64,000 nt of DNA from an uncultured Pelagibacteraceae bacterium (GCA_902543485.1 CACBYP010000006.1:11807-75806); one strand, 5' to 3'. Numbered from the stretch's first letter, positions 9,941 through 20,040 are shown. The notes: generated by a model not told the origin, from the letters alone. A program made the numbers and translations.

Positions 9941-11095
9941 ATGACAAATAGTAGTAATTTAATTGATAGCTTAGAAGTTTATGTTCTTAATAATCCAGAT
10001 GAAGTAAAGCCACATTGGGTTAGTCACTTTATTGTACCAACAGCTAATGAACTCTTAATTAAAATTAAAACTAAAGATGGTCATTCAGGGTTTGGTTTAG
10101 CAACAAGCTATACTGATATTGCTCCTATCATCAAACCATTTTCAAATGGCTTACAAGATTTAATAATTGGAGAAGATCCATTTTGCCCTGAAAAAATTTA
10201 TGAAAAAATTTTCAAATTAACAGATACTCGAACCAGTAGCGAAAAAGGTTGGAGCAGAGAAGCATTAATCAGAATTTCAGCCGCTTTAGATATTGCTTGT
10301 TGGGATTTAATAGGAAAGGCATCAAACATCCCGTTGTACAAATTATTTGGAGGATACAGAAATAAAATTCCAGTTTATGTTACATGTGCTTACTACAGAG
10401 ATGGTAAAGGAGAAAAAGAACTAAGAGATGAAATAAAAAAGTTATTAAATGTTGGTCATCAAAGTTTTAAAGTTAAAGTTGGGGGACTTAGTATCAAAGA
10501 AGATGCTAAGAGATTAGAAATCATTAGAGATGAAATTGGAGATCAAAAAGGTTTAATGATTGATGTTAATAGAGCATGGGATCTAAAAACTGCAATTGAA
10601 GGTGTAAAAGAATTTGAGAGATTTAATCCTACATGGATTGAAGAACCTGTTAGATGGGAAGATGATAGAAGAACTTTAAAACTTTTATCAAAGCAAACCA
10701 AAATTCCATTGTCAGGTGGTGAAAGTGAAATAACTATTTATGGATGTAGGTCTATGATTGAAGAAGAGGCAATACAAATTTTACAATTTGATTGCACAAT
10801 GTTTGGTGGTTTTACTAATGGAAAAAAACTTTCATCTTTATGTGAATTAAATCATATAGATGTGGCTCCACATCATGATTGTTATATTCATGCTCCATTA
10901 GTAGCATCAACTCCAGCTGGGAGAATTGTTGAGTCATTTGATGATGAAAGAGATCCTCTTCAAGCTCAATTATTTGAAAATCCACATAAAATGAGTGATG
11001 GATGGATACATTTAAATGAAAAACCTGGTCTAGGTTTAGAGATTTCAGAGGCCGCGTTAAAAAAGTTCGGTAAACTGGTTTACAAAAATAAATAA
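9941..11095 (+). CDS. Enolase-superfamily enzyme (mandelate racemase/muconate lactonizing family)
   Basis: 384 aa. FKVKVGG, MIDVNRAW, IEEP and GGES metal-ligand blocks appear in the canonical order. Confidence 0.8.
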   Translation: MTNSSNLIDSLEVYVLNNPDEVKPHWVSHFIVPTANELLIKIKTKDGHSGFGLATSYTDIAPIIKPFSNGLQDLIIGEDPFCPEKIYEKIFKLTDTRTSSEKGWSREALIRISAALDIACWDLIGKASNIPLYKLFGGYRNKIPVYVTCAYYRDGKGEKELRDEIKKLLNVGHQSFKVKVGGLSIKEDAKRLEIIRDEIGDQKGLMIDVNRAWDLKTAIEGVKEFERFNPTWIEEPVRWEDDRRTLKLLSKQTKIPLSGGESEITIYGCRSMIEEEAIQILQFDCTMFGGFTNGKKLSSLCELNHIDVAPHHDCYIHAPLVASTPAGRIVESFDDERDPLQAQLFENPHKMSDGWIHLNEKPGLGLEISEAALKKFGKLVYKNK

Positions 11096-11112
11096 ACCTT
11101 TAATTAAGTTTT

Positions 11113-14016
11113 ATGCGGTTTAATTCAGATCAGATACAAAAAATTGGTAAAGAAATTAGTAGTAAAGTTGATGGAAAAACTTTATTCGATGAATTCTCAC
11201 GTGGAAGATACAGTACTGATGCTTCTGTATATCAAATTAAACCTCTTGGTGTAGTTCTTCCAAAAGATACCAATGATGTTTTAAGTTTAATGGAGTATTC
11301 ACAAAAGAATTCTGTACCTCTATTAGCGAGAGGAGGTGGAAGTTCTCAATGTGGTCAGACTGTTGGCGAAAGTGTTGTACTCGATTACAGCAAACATCAA
11401 AATAAAATTTTAGAACTTAATGTTGAAGAAAAATATGTATGGGTTCAGCCAGGTGTCGTATTAGATCATCTAAATGCGTATTTAAAGCCTCACGATCTTT
11501 GGTTTCCAGTAGACGTTTCAACAAGTAGTAGAGCTACAATTGGAGGAATGTCAGCTAACAACTCTTGTGGATCAAGATCTTTATATTATGGCAACATGGT
11601 TCATAATGTACTAGCAATTGAAGCAATATTGGATGATGGCTCCATATTTAATTTTGATCAAATAAATAAGAATTATTTAGCTACAAAGAACAATCAAGAT
11701 AGACTCTATAAAATCATAGATAAATTCATAGATGTGAGACAACAGGTTGGAGGCGAAATTGATGCTAATTGGCCAACAACGCAAAGAAGAGTTGGGGGAT
11801 ATAATATCGACTTAATTGATCCAGAAGGATTTAATTCATCAAATCTTCTTGTTGGCTCTGAAGGAACATTATCTTTATTTAATAAAATAAAATTAAAATT
11901 ATCAGAAATACCAAAGAATAAAATTTTAGGTGTCTGTTACTTTGATAATTTTCATCAAGCAATGGAATTATCAAAAGAGATTGTGAAATTAAAACCAACT
12001 TGCGTTGAGTTGATGGACCAAAATTTATTGAATTTAGCGAAAGAAATCCCGATGTATGCTGGAGGTATAAAAAAATACATCAAAGGAAATCCTGAAGCTG
12101 TTTTGATGGTAGAATTTATTGATACTGAAAAAAGTGCATATGAAAAGAAAATAAAGGATCTAGAATATTTAGTTTTAAATCAAAACAAAAAAAATCAGTT
12201 TTCATATTATTCAGATCTTTCAGAACAGAAAGAGGTTTTTGAAATAAGAAAAGCTGGATTAAATATTTTGATGTCAATGAAAGGTGATAGAAAACCAGTT
12301 GCCTTCATTGAAGATTGTGCAGTTTCTTTAGAACACTTAGCTGACTACACAGCTAGATTAAAAGAAATATTTAAAAAATATGGAACAAGTGGAATGTTTT
12401 ATGCACATGCATCTGTTGGAACTCTCCATGTAAGACCAGTTTTAAATATGAAATCAGACAAAGATATACAAAACATGAGATCCATATCTGAAGAAGCTTT
12501 TGAAATGGTTAAAGATTATAAAGGTTCTCATTCTGGTGAGCATGGTGATGGAATTGTTAGATCAGAATTTCATGAAATGATGTTTGGTAAAAAAATTACA
12601 AATGCTTTTGAAGAAATAAAAGATACATTCGATAGTAAAAACCTTTTAAATCCAGGTAAAATTGTTCGACCGTTTAAATCAAATGATAGATCTTTAATGA
12701 GATACAAATCAGGTTATCAAACAGAAAATATAGATACACATTATGATTGGTCAAACTGGGGCCAATTCTCTGATGCTGTTGAGATGTGTAATAACAATGG
12801 AGCTTGTAGAAAATTAGATTCTGGTGTGATGTGTCCATCATACAGAGTAACTAAAGAAGAAAAAGATTTAGTTCGAGGTAGAGCAAATACTTTAAGATTA
12901 GCTTTATCTAATCAACTTCCAGAGGGTTCATTTGCATCAAAAGAAATGTATGAAACTATGGAGTTATGTGTGAGCTGTAAAGCTTGTCAAAGAGAATGTC
13001 CTATGTCGGTTGATATGGCTAAGATGAAATCTGAGTTTCTCTCTCATTACTATAAAAAATTTAGTATGCGAATTAAAGATAGAGTTATCTCAGATATGCC
13101 AAGACTGATTTGGTTATTAAAAATTGTTGCTCCTATATTCAACAAGGTTAAAAACCTACCACTAATCTCAACAATCGTTGAAAGGTTTGGTTTTGCAACA
13201 GCAAGGTCTATGCCTGAAGTTCAAAACCAGAATGCATTAAGAGAAATTTACGACAGTCAAACAGTATCAGAAAATAAAGTAATTCTGTTTGCAGATACAT
13301 TTAATATTAATTTTGAAAATGAAAATTTAGTTTATGCAATTAAAGTACTAAATAAATTTGGATATCAGGCGGTTATACCAAGTTTTGGTAAAGATAAATT
13401 AAAGAGACCCCTTTGTTGTGGAAGAACTTATATTTCTTACGGTCAATTAGACAAAGCCTCTGAAGAGCTAAATAGATTTAATGATTACGTTATCCAAAAT
13501 AATTATATTGATTTACCAGTTGTTGGTATTGAACCATCCTGTTTATTAACTTTTAATGATGAATATCAAACTTTAAAAAATGTGAAAAATAAAGAACAGA
13601 TTAAAAATAAATTTTATCTGCTTGAGGAATTTATTTTAGAACAAATAAGAAATAATAATAATATTAAAGCTAATAAGTTTGATCAAAATGTATTAATCCA
13701 CGGGCACTGTCATCAAAAATCACAAGATAGAATGAAGGGTCTAACTAATCTTTTATCAGAATTAAATATTAATAATAAAATGATAGATTCTAGTTGTTGT
13801 GGAATGGCTGGTTCATTTGGATATGACAGTAAAACTTATGAGGTATCCAAAAAAATGGCAAATCTTTCTTTGATACCTGCAATCAATAATAGTGATGAAA
13901 AAGATTTTATAGTTGCAAATGGTACAAGCTGTAGACATCAAATATCTGATTTATCTGATAAAAAAGGTAAGCATGTCTCAGAATTATTATTTAAAATTTT
14001 TGAAACTGTTAATTAA
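11113..14016 (+). CDS. FAD-linked oxidase fused to a 4Fe-4S/CCG-domain module (YdiJ / GlcD-GlcF-fusion type 2-hydroxyacid dehydrogenase)
   Basis: 967 aa. N-terminal FAD_binding_4-like region (ARGGGSSQCGQ), a CVSCKACQRECP ferredoxin motif and two CCG motifs (PLCCGRT, SSCCGMAGSFG). Confidence 0.85.
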   Translation: MRFNSDQIQKIGKEISSKVDGKTLFDEFSRGRYSTDASVYQIKPLGVVLPKDTNDVLSLMEYSQKNSVPLLARGGGSSQCGQTVGESVVLDYSKHQNKILELNVEEKYVWVQPGVVLDHLNAYLKPHDLWFPVDVSTSSRATIGGMSANNSCGSRSLYYGNMVHNVLAIEAILDDGSIFNFDQINKNYLATKNNQDRLYKIIDKFIDVRQQVGGEIDANWPTTQRRVGGYNIDLIDPEGFNSSNLLVGSEGTLSLFNKIKLKLSEIPKNKILGVCYFDNFHQAMELSKEIVKLKPTCVELMDQNLLNLAKEIPMYAGGIKKYIKGNPEAVLMVEFIDTEKSAYEKKIKDLEYLVLNQNKKNQFSYYSDLSEQKEVFEIRKAGLNILMSMKGDRKPVAFIEDCAVSLEHLADYTARLKEIFKKYGTSGMFYAHASVGTLHVRPVLNMKSDKDIQNMRSISEEAFEMVKDYKGSHSGEHGDGIVRSEFHEMMFGKKITNAFEEIKDTFDSKNLLNPGKIVRPFKSNDRSLMRYKSGYQTENIDTHYDWSNWGQFSDAVEMCNNNGACRKLDSGVMCPSYRVTKEEKDLVRGRANTLRLALSNQLPEGSFASKEMYETMELCVSCKACQRECPMSVDMAKMKSEFLSHYYKKFSMRIKDRVISDMPRLIWLLKIVAPIFNKVKNLPLISTIVERFGFATARSMPEVQNQNALREIYDSQTVSENKVILFADTFNINFENENLVYAIKVLNKFGYQAVIPSFGKDKLKRPLCCGRTYISYGQLDKASEELNRFNDYVIQNNYIDLPVVGIEPSCLLTFNDEYQTLKNVKNKEQIKNKFYLLEEFILEQIRNNNNIKANKFDQNVLIHGHCHQKSQDRMKGLTNLLSELNINNKMIDSSCCGMAGSFGYDSKTYEVSKKMANLSLIPAINNSDEKDFIVANGTSCRHQISDLSDKKGKHVSELLFKIFETVN

Positions 14017-15206
14017 AGAATTACTTTTCTATTATAAAAATCTTCAATTTGGTCATCTTTGTAACCAAAGATTTGCATAACTTCTTTTGTATGTTCTCCT
14101 AAGTTTGGAGCGCCTTTTGACTTTTCTGTTTTACTTTTTGAAAATTTAATTGGCATACCAATAGCTGTACTTTTTCCAGCTTTTTTATTATCTACTTCTA
14201 TAACCATTTCTCTTTCAATTGTTTGAGGATCTTTAAACATTTCTGTTATAGAGTTAATAGGTCCGCATGGTAATCCATTATCATCAAAGATTTTTAACCA
14301 TTCACTAGAAGTTTTTTTAATTAGTTCTTCGTTAAGAATATCAACTAATTCTTTTAAATTTTGTTTTCTATTTAAATTTGATGAAAATTTTTCATTTTCT
14401 TGCAAGTCTTCACGACCAATTGCTTTAAGTAACATCAACCAAGTGTTTTGATTTGAAGCACCTACAGTAATCCATTTATCTTTTGTTTTAAATGCTTGAT
14501 AAGGAGCTGTTAAAGGATGTGCTGAACCTAAAGGTCCAGGCGACTCTCCAGTTGCACCTGCAATAGCAGACTGCCAGTAAGTATGAACAATACCAGCTTC
14601 ATATAAAGAAGTATCAACTCTTTGTCCTTCACCTGTTTTTTCTCTATGAACTAATGCTGCTAAAATTCCACTAGCCGCAAGTAAACCAGCTGTTATATCA
14701 GTAATAGGTGCACCTACTTTCATTGGTGGTTTATCTTTGCTTTCGCCAGTAATACTCATTAATCCACTCATTCCTTGCGCGACTAGATCAAATCCTCCTT
14801 TATCTGCATAAGGACCAGTTCTACCGTATCCAGATATTTCACATAAAATGATTTTAGGATTAATTTCTGACATAACATCATATCCGACTCCTAATTTTTC
14901 TAATGTCCCTTTTCTAAAATTCTCCAAAACCACATCAGAATTTTTTACCATCGTTTTAAATATCTCAATTCCATCTTTGTCTTTTAAATTTAATGCAATA
15001 CCTTTCTTATTTCTATTCATCATCATAAAGGCTGCAGACTCTCCATTAATTTCTGGTGGCAAGAAGTTTCTGGTATCATCTCCTCCAGGTGTCTTTTCTA
15101 TTTTAATTACCTCTGCTCCAAGATCAGCTAATAACAGTCCACAAGTGGGACCAGCCATTATTTGTGCCATCTCAAGTACACGAATGCCTTTTAATGATGC
15201 AGTCAT
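14013..15206 (-). CDS. Class III CoA-transferase (CaiB/BaiF family)
   Basis: 397 aa. GIRVLEMAQIMAGPTCGLLLADLGAEVIKIE N-terminus and the GGFDLVAQGMSGLMS block. Confidence 0.85.
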   Translation of the reverse strand: MTASLKGIRVLEMAQIMAGPTCGLLLADLGAEVIKIEKTPGGDDTRNFLPPEINGESAAFMMMNRNKKGIALNLKDKDGIEIFKTMVKNSDVVLENFRKGTLEKLGVGYDVMSEINPKIILCEISGYGRTGPYADKGGFDLVAQGMSGLMSITGESKDKPPMKVGAPITDITAGLLAASGILAALVHREKTGEGQRVDTSLYEAGIVHTYWQSAIAGATGESPGPLGSAHPLTAPYQAFKTKDKWITVGASNQNTWLMLLKAIGREDLQENEKFSSNLNRKQNLKELVDILNEELIKKTSSEWLKIFDDNGLPCGPINSITEMFKDPQTIEREMVIEVDNKKAGKSTAIGMPIKFSKSKTEKSKGAPNLGEHTKEVMQIFGYKDDQIEDFYNRKVIL

Positions 15207-15209
15207 CTA

Positions 15210-15992
15210 TTACTTATTTTTGAATTTTGGTTTTGTTTTATTTAAGAAAGATTGATATCCAATTTTAAAGTCTTGTGTATCGTAGCATTTGTAACCAAGA
15301 TTATTTATTTTTTCTGTGACTTTTCCATTTTTTAAGATGTTTCTTGCAAATTGCTTATGCCACCTTGCAACTTTTGGAGCACCTTCGCAAATTAATTCAG
15401 CTGATTTATAGGCTTCTTTTTCAACATCTTTATCATTAACTACTCTATTAACTAGCCTCTTCTGAAACGCTTCATCAGCTCCAAATACTCTTCCTTCAAA
15501 TAATATTTCCATTGCAGTCGTGTAATTGGTTACTTTTAAAAGTACCTCAAGTTCTTTTGCAGCCATTGTTAAGCCTAATCTTTTAATTGGAACTCCAAAC
15601 CTAGAACTTTTACCACAAATTCTAATGTCACAACATCCTGCTATTTCTAATCCACCACCAACACATATTCCTTCAATCAAAGCAATTGTTGGTATTGGGC
15701 AATCAAAAATTGCTCCAAGTGTTCCGTGTAAAAATTTACCGTATGATTTTGCTAATTTTGATGAAGATCTTTGTTTTTTAAATTCTCCAATATCATTTCC
15801 TGGTGAAAAAGATTTACCACCCTCTCCTCTTATAATGATGCATCTTAAATTTTTATTCTTAGATAACTTTTTGAATACTTTGCCAAGCTCAATCCACATT
15901 GGCTTAGTCATTGCATTTAGTTTTTCTGGTCTATTGATAACAACTTCAACTAAATGTTTATTTTTTTTATTTACTTTAATTAATTTGCTCAT
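15210..15992 (-). CDS. Enoyl-CoA hydratase/isomerase (crotonase fold)
   Basis: 260 aa. Oxyanion-hole blocks FSPGNDI and GICVGGGLEIAGCCDIRI. Confidence 0.85.
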   Translation of the reverse strand: MSKLIKVNKKNKHLVEVVINRPEKLNAMTKPMWIELGKVFKKLSKNKNLRCIIIRGEGGKSFSPGNDIGEFKKQRSSSKLAKSYGKFLHGTLGAIFDCPIPTIALIEGICVGGGLEIAGCCDIRICGKSSRFGVPIKRLGLTMAAKELEVLLKVTNYTTAMEILFEGRVFGADEAFQKRLVNRVVNDKDVEKEAYKSAELICEGAPKVARWHKQFARNILKNGKVTEKINNLGYKCYDTQDFKIGYQSFLNKTKPKFKNK

Positions 15993-17276
15993 TTAGCTCC
16001 TATAAAAAAATTCAACTAAAGTCATTGGTATAGCTGGAACATAAGTTACTAACATTAACAATACTAATAATACACATATAAAGGATATATTAGATCTTGT
16101 TACATCCCATATATCTGCTTTTGCAACTGAACAAGCCGTAACTAGAACACTTGCAACTGGTGGTGTTTGTTGACCAATTGCTAAATTTAATGTCACAATT
16201 ATACCAAAGTGAACTGGATCAATTCCTACAGCATTAACTAATGGCATTACAATTGGAACTGTTAAAATTATTGCAGCAACTGAATGTAAAAAGAAACCTA
16301 TTATTAAAAGAAATACATTAAGTATTCCTAAGACTGCATATTTATTATTTGTAAAATCAATTATTGACTCTGCAACTTTTTGTGGAATTTGTTCAATTGT
16401 TAAAAATTCACCCAGTAATACAGATGCAGCCACTAATAACATTACTGAAGCTGTTTGAATTGCTCCTTCACAAGCTGACTCGTATAATCTTTTAAAGTCA
16501 ATTTCTTTATAAATAAATCCAATAACTAATGATGCTACAACTGCTAAACCTGCTCCTTCAGTTGCTGTTACAACTCCTCCAAAAATTCCACCTAATATAA
16601 TTATAGGTAGTAAAAATGCTAAAGCTGCATCTTTTGCAGTTTTCTTTACATTTGGAATATTAAATGTTTCCTCAACAGGAAAGTTTTTACGTCTTGCAGT
16701 AATGTATGCTGCTAACATTAAGAAGAAGCCACCTATTACACCTGGAACAATTCCCGCTACAAATAATTGAACCACTGAACTTTGAGCCATTACCGCGTAA
16801 ACAATCATTGGTATTGAAGGTGGAATGATAATCGCCAAAGACGCTGAGGATGAAGTTACTGCAGCAGCAAATGGACCTGGATATCCTTTTTTCTTCATCG
16901 CTGGAATTAGAATAGATCCAAGTGCAGCAACATCTGCCACAGCTGAGCCAGAAATTTCAGCAAAAAACATAGAGGTAGCAATGTTAATCATGCTTAAACC
17001 ACCTTTGATAAATCCAACAAGCGCTGAAGCAAAAGCAATTAATCTTCTAGAAATACCCGCACTATTCATAATTGATCCAGCTAGGATAAATAGAGGAATA
17101 GCGATCAATGGAAACTTCATTGATCCGTCAAACATAACGATTGCCGTATCAATTAGAAAACTTGTTCCAGTTTTCAAAACCATTGCAATAATTGTTGTTA
17201 CTGCAAGGCCAATAGCGATAGGTACATTTATAGATAAAAGAAGTAGAAGAACTGCAAACATTGTAAGAATTATCAT
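15993..17276 (-). CDS. dctM: TRAP transporter large permease
   Basis: 427 aa, polytopic, DctM-like sequence. Abuts the crotonase gene and overlaps dctQ by 1 nt. Confidence 0.9.
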   Translation of the reverse strand: MIILTMFAVLLLLLSINVPIAIGLAVTTIIAMVLKTGTSFLIDTAIVMFDGSMKFPLIAIPLFILAGSIMNSAGISRRLIAFASALVGFIKGGLSMINIATSMFFAEISGSAVADVAALGSILIPAMKKKGYPGPFAAAVTSSSASLAIIIPPSIPMIVYAVMAQSSVVQLFVAGIVPGVIGGFFLMLAAYITARRKNFPVEETFNIPNVKKTAKDAALAFLLPIIILGGIFGGVVTATEGAGLAVVASLVIGFIYKEIDFKRLYESACEGAIQTASVMLLVAASVLLGEFLTIEQIPQKVAESIIDFTNNKYAVLGILNVFLLIIGFFLHSVAAIILTVPIVMPLVNAVGIDPVHFGIIVTLNLAIGQQTPPVASVLVTACSVAKADIWDVTRSNISFICVLLVLLMLVTYVPAIPMTLVEFFYRS

Positions 17277-17785
17277 TAAATATCTCCTGTTTGCTCGTCA
17301 CCTGTTGTTTGAAGAACTAAATTTTTATAGTCTTCGGGAATTCTTAAAGTTTCAGATAAAATAAATAAACATGATGCAATTGGAATAACTGATTGCACAA
17401 AAGGTTGAGGAACCCACTCTAATGTTACTAAGGTTTCTCCAGTTATAAGAGTTAAAACTAAGTAACCATAGTAAGCTAATAATATTAAAAAACCATAAAC
17501 AACTAATTTTGAGACTACAAAGAAAATTTTTCTAAGTACTAATGGAAAGGCTTTAAAAATACTTGGAACACTTATATGAGCGCCTTTTAAAGCTGCGTAT
17601 GCTGAACCATAATAAGTTATCCAAGCAAGTTGAACAGCTGCAACCTCGTCATACCAAACTAAAGCACTACCAGCAAAACGAAAAGTAACACCAAGTAAAA
17701 CTGTTACTGCTAATGCTACCATCATTATAAACAGTATTAGTTTTAATATTTTTTCGTAAGAATTTATAAATTTTTGCAATGTCAT
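17276..17785 (-). CDS. dctQ: TRAP transporter small permease
   Basis: 169 aa with 4 TM segments, positioned between dctP and dctM. Confidence 0.8.
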   Translation of the reverse strand: MTLQKFINSYEKILKLILFIMMVALAVTVLLGVTFRFAGSALVWYDEVAAVQLAWITYYGSAYAALKGAHISVPSIFKAFPLVLRKIFFVVSKLVVYGFLILLAYYGYLVLTLITGETLVTLEWVPQPFVQSVIPIASCLFILSETLRIPEDYKNLVLQTTGDEQTGDI

Positions 17786-17792
17786 TTTTTTT

Positions 17793-17815
17793 CAGGCCCT
17801 CTGGTAGAGGGCCTG
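17793..17815 (-). promoter_or_regulatory. GC-rich intercistronic stem-loop between dctP and dctQ
   Basis: caggccctc-tggta-gagggcctg: a perfect 9-bp GC-rich stem in a 42-nt dctP-dctQ spacer. On the transcribed (minus) strand it is followed by A's, not U's, so it is not a canonical terminator. Confidence 0.5.
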
Positions 17816-17827
17816 TTACAAATTATG

Positions 17828-18802
17828 TTAATTTGCTAAAGACGATACTTTATCAATTAACGCACCACCAGTTGGTACTTCTGACGCGAATTGATCGTAT
17901 ATTCCTTTACTTGCACTAATGAAAGCACCTTTGTCAGCTTCGTTAACTTGAACTCCAGCTGATTTGATAACTCCCAATAAAGATTTTTCAAGATTAGCAG
18001 CCTCAGCATAAACAAATTTTTGTGTATCTTTAGCAGCTTGCTCTAAAATACTTTGTACATCTGCAGGTAGTTTGCTCCAATGATCTTTATGTACTGTTAC
18101 ATAAGCAGGAGTGTAGACGTGACCTGTGATTGATAAATATTTTTGAACTTCTTGGAATTTAGCACTAGCAATCTGAGCATATGGGTTTTCTTGTCCATCC
18201 ATTGTTCCTGTTTTCAAAGCAGTAAATACTTCTGAGAAAGACATTGGAGTTGGGTTTGCACCATATGATTGGAACATTTTAACTCTCCATTTTGATTTAG
18301 GTGTTCTTAATTTAATTCCTTTTAAGTCACCTGGAGTGTTAATTGGTCTAGTGTTGTTTGTGATATGTCTAAATCCATTTTCCCAAACAGCAATAACTTT
18401 GTATCCAGTTTTATCTTCAAGATTTTTAAACATTCCTGGTAAAACTTGGCTTTCAACTTTATTCATGTGTTTTCTGTCTTTAATAATGAAAGGCATATCA
18501 AATACACCAAACTCATCATGAATAGATGCCATTACTGATGAAGGTAACCACATGTTAACTGTACCTAATTTTAGTTTTTGCATTCCTTGTTTGTCTTTAC
18601 CAAGTTGCGAAGAACCAAAAACAGTTACTTTTCCTTTGCTGCCTAATCTCTCATTTGCAAGTTTAGCAAAATGATCAACTGATGCAGAAAATAAAGATCC
18701 AGGTTTTCCTACGTGTCCAAATTTTACTTCAGTTGAATTTGCTGAGAAACTTAAAAATAGAGACGATAATAAAACAACAATTATTTTAAAATATTTGTTC
18801 AT
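17828..18802 (-). CDS. dctP: TRAP transporter periplasmic solute-binding protein
   Basis: 324 aa. Signal peptide plus DctP-family sequence (KFGHVGKPGS..., NGFRHITN, RTPKS). Confidence 0.9.
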   Translation of the reverse strand: MNKYFKIIVVLLSSLFLSFSANSTEVKFGHVGKPGSLFSASVDHFAKLANERLGSKGKVTVFGSSQLGKDKQGMQKLKLGTVNMWLPSSVMASIHDEFGVFDMPFIIKDRKHMNKVESQVLPGMFKNLEDKTGYKVIAVWENGFRHITNNTRPINTPGDLKGIKLRTPKSKWRVKMFQSYGANPTPMSFSEVFTALKTGTMDGQENPYAQIASAKFQEVQKYLSITGHVYTPAYVTVHKDHWSKLPADVQSILEQAAKDTQKFVYAEAANLEKSLLGVIKSAGVQVNEADKGAFISASKGIYDQFASEVPTGGALIDKVSSLAN

Positions 18803-18889
18803 ATTTCCCTCTTAAGTTTGTTTTTTTAAAACAGCTTATAGAAAATATGGATGCAGTGCTAGGGATTAAATTGGCGTATAGGAAAAAAA

Positions 18890-19159
18890 TTATCGATCTT
18901 TAAATTCAAGATTGCCTCGGGAGTCGACACTCTTTTTTACATGCTGATAGTAGGTAGGATTATCAATCAGTCTTGACATATCTATACCCTTATTCTCATA
19001 ACGTCTTTTTATTGTCATTCTTGGGATTATTACGAGGTTCATATTATCAATGAAGTCCTCGGTCCACTCTTTTTCTATCTTATCTTTAACCAATCTTTTC
19101 AAAAATACTCTCAGATCAGAGCAACTAAGGTGTTTAATTTTTTCGTTATACAATACCAT
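18890..19159 (-). CDS. Hypothetical protein (orphan)
   Basis: 89-aa ORF with an ATG start. Its codon choice (cgg, gtc, gac, tcg) looks less AT-biased than its neighbours. No motif recognised. Confidence 0.35.
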   Translation of the reverse strand: MVLYNEKIKHLSCSDLRVFLKRLVKDKIEKEWTEDFIDNMNLVIIPRMTIKRRYENKGIDMSRLIDNPTYYQHVKKSVDSRGNLEFKDR

Positions 19160-19183
19160 TTTGATGAATATATAATCTTGGTA

Positions 19184-19885
19184 TTATCTTGCAAGTTTAA
19201 TGAATATATCTCCCATGCCTGACTGAAGCTGATCTAATGGAGTATTATTTCTAAGAGTACAATATCTGCCTGTAACTTGGTGTCTATCTATGGCATTAAC
19301 ATTATATTGAGTGCATGTTTTGGCTTTGTGTAATAAACCAATGACCAGTTTTCCATCTACTACTGAAACTTGTTTCGTATCTAAATCATTGCCATTACAA
19401 AAATATTTTTTGTTTACCCTTTCAGGAAAATCTGTTTTCCCACAAGGATTTTCAATTGTGAACACATAAAATTCTTTTTCTATACCTTTAAATTTATGCT
19501 TCATCTTAGTTGTTTTTGAATATTTCATTAAATCGCAGGAACATGGAATGCAGCATCTATAATATTCACCACATATCTTTTTACCTGTATTGTTTTCAGT
19601 TAAATAGACATATTCCGGTACTGCATTTGGGCTTATTAAAGAACCTGATACCGCACAATATAATTTATTATATTCTACAAAATCTTCATAAGAGATATCT
19701 TTATCTATTATATATTTAAAAAATTTAGGACCTGCTGCATTTCTATTTCTGTCTGGGAAAATTTTATTCCAATCATTAACGATATCTTGATAATAGTTTT
19801 TTTCTTGAGAATTTACTGAATTTATCGGAATTGAAAAAAAAATAACAAATATAATAAGACTAAGTATATTTTTAATACTGTACAT
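19184..19885 (-). CDS. Secreted cysteine-rich hypothetical protein
   Basis: 233 aa. Signal peptide MYSIKNILSLIIFVIFFSIPINSVNS and 10 Cys, including the dense block CGEYYRCCIPCSC. Confidence 0.5.
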   Translation of the reverse strand: MYSIKNILSLIIFVIFFSIPINSVNSQEKNYYQDIVNDWNKIFPDRNRNAAGPKFFKYIIDKDISYEDFVEYNKLYCAVSGSLISPNAVPEYVYLTENNTGKKICGEYYRCCIPCSCDLMKYSKTTKMKHKFKGIEKEFYVFTIENPCGKTDFPERVNKKYFCNGNDLDTKQVSVVDGKLVIGLLHKAKTCTQYNVNAIDRHQVTGRYCTLRNNTPLDQLQSGMGDIFIKLAR

Positions 19886-19896
19886 TAATTAATGAT

Positions 19897-20040
19897 TTAA
19901 AAACCCATATTTGACCAGTTACTTCGGTCTTGAGTTTTACTATTGAATTTTTTTAATTCTTCCTCAGATGGTTCTCTAAAAAGATACATTACAATTCCTG
20001 AAACAAATAATGCCAATAATGATAAAGAACAAATAGTCAT
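19897..20040 (-). CDS. Possible 47-aa single-TM peptide
   Basis: Own translation: MTICSLSLLALFVSGIVMYLFREPSEEELKKFNSKTQDRSNWSNMGF. It fills an otherwise empty 213-bp spacer and is below the ORF-track size cutoff. Confidence 0.25.
   Translation of the reverse strand: MTICSLSLLALFVSGIVMYLFREPSEEELKKFNSKTQDRSNWSNMGF

Noticed and set aside
14848-17364. Plus-strand ORFs 14848-15255, 15526-15996 and 16825-17364
   Set aside because: They lie entirely antisense to well-supported CoA-transferase, crotonase and dctM genes. Their products are low-complexity with no motifs.
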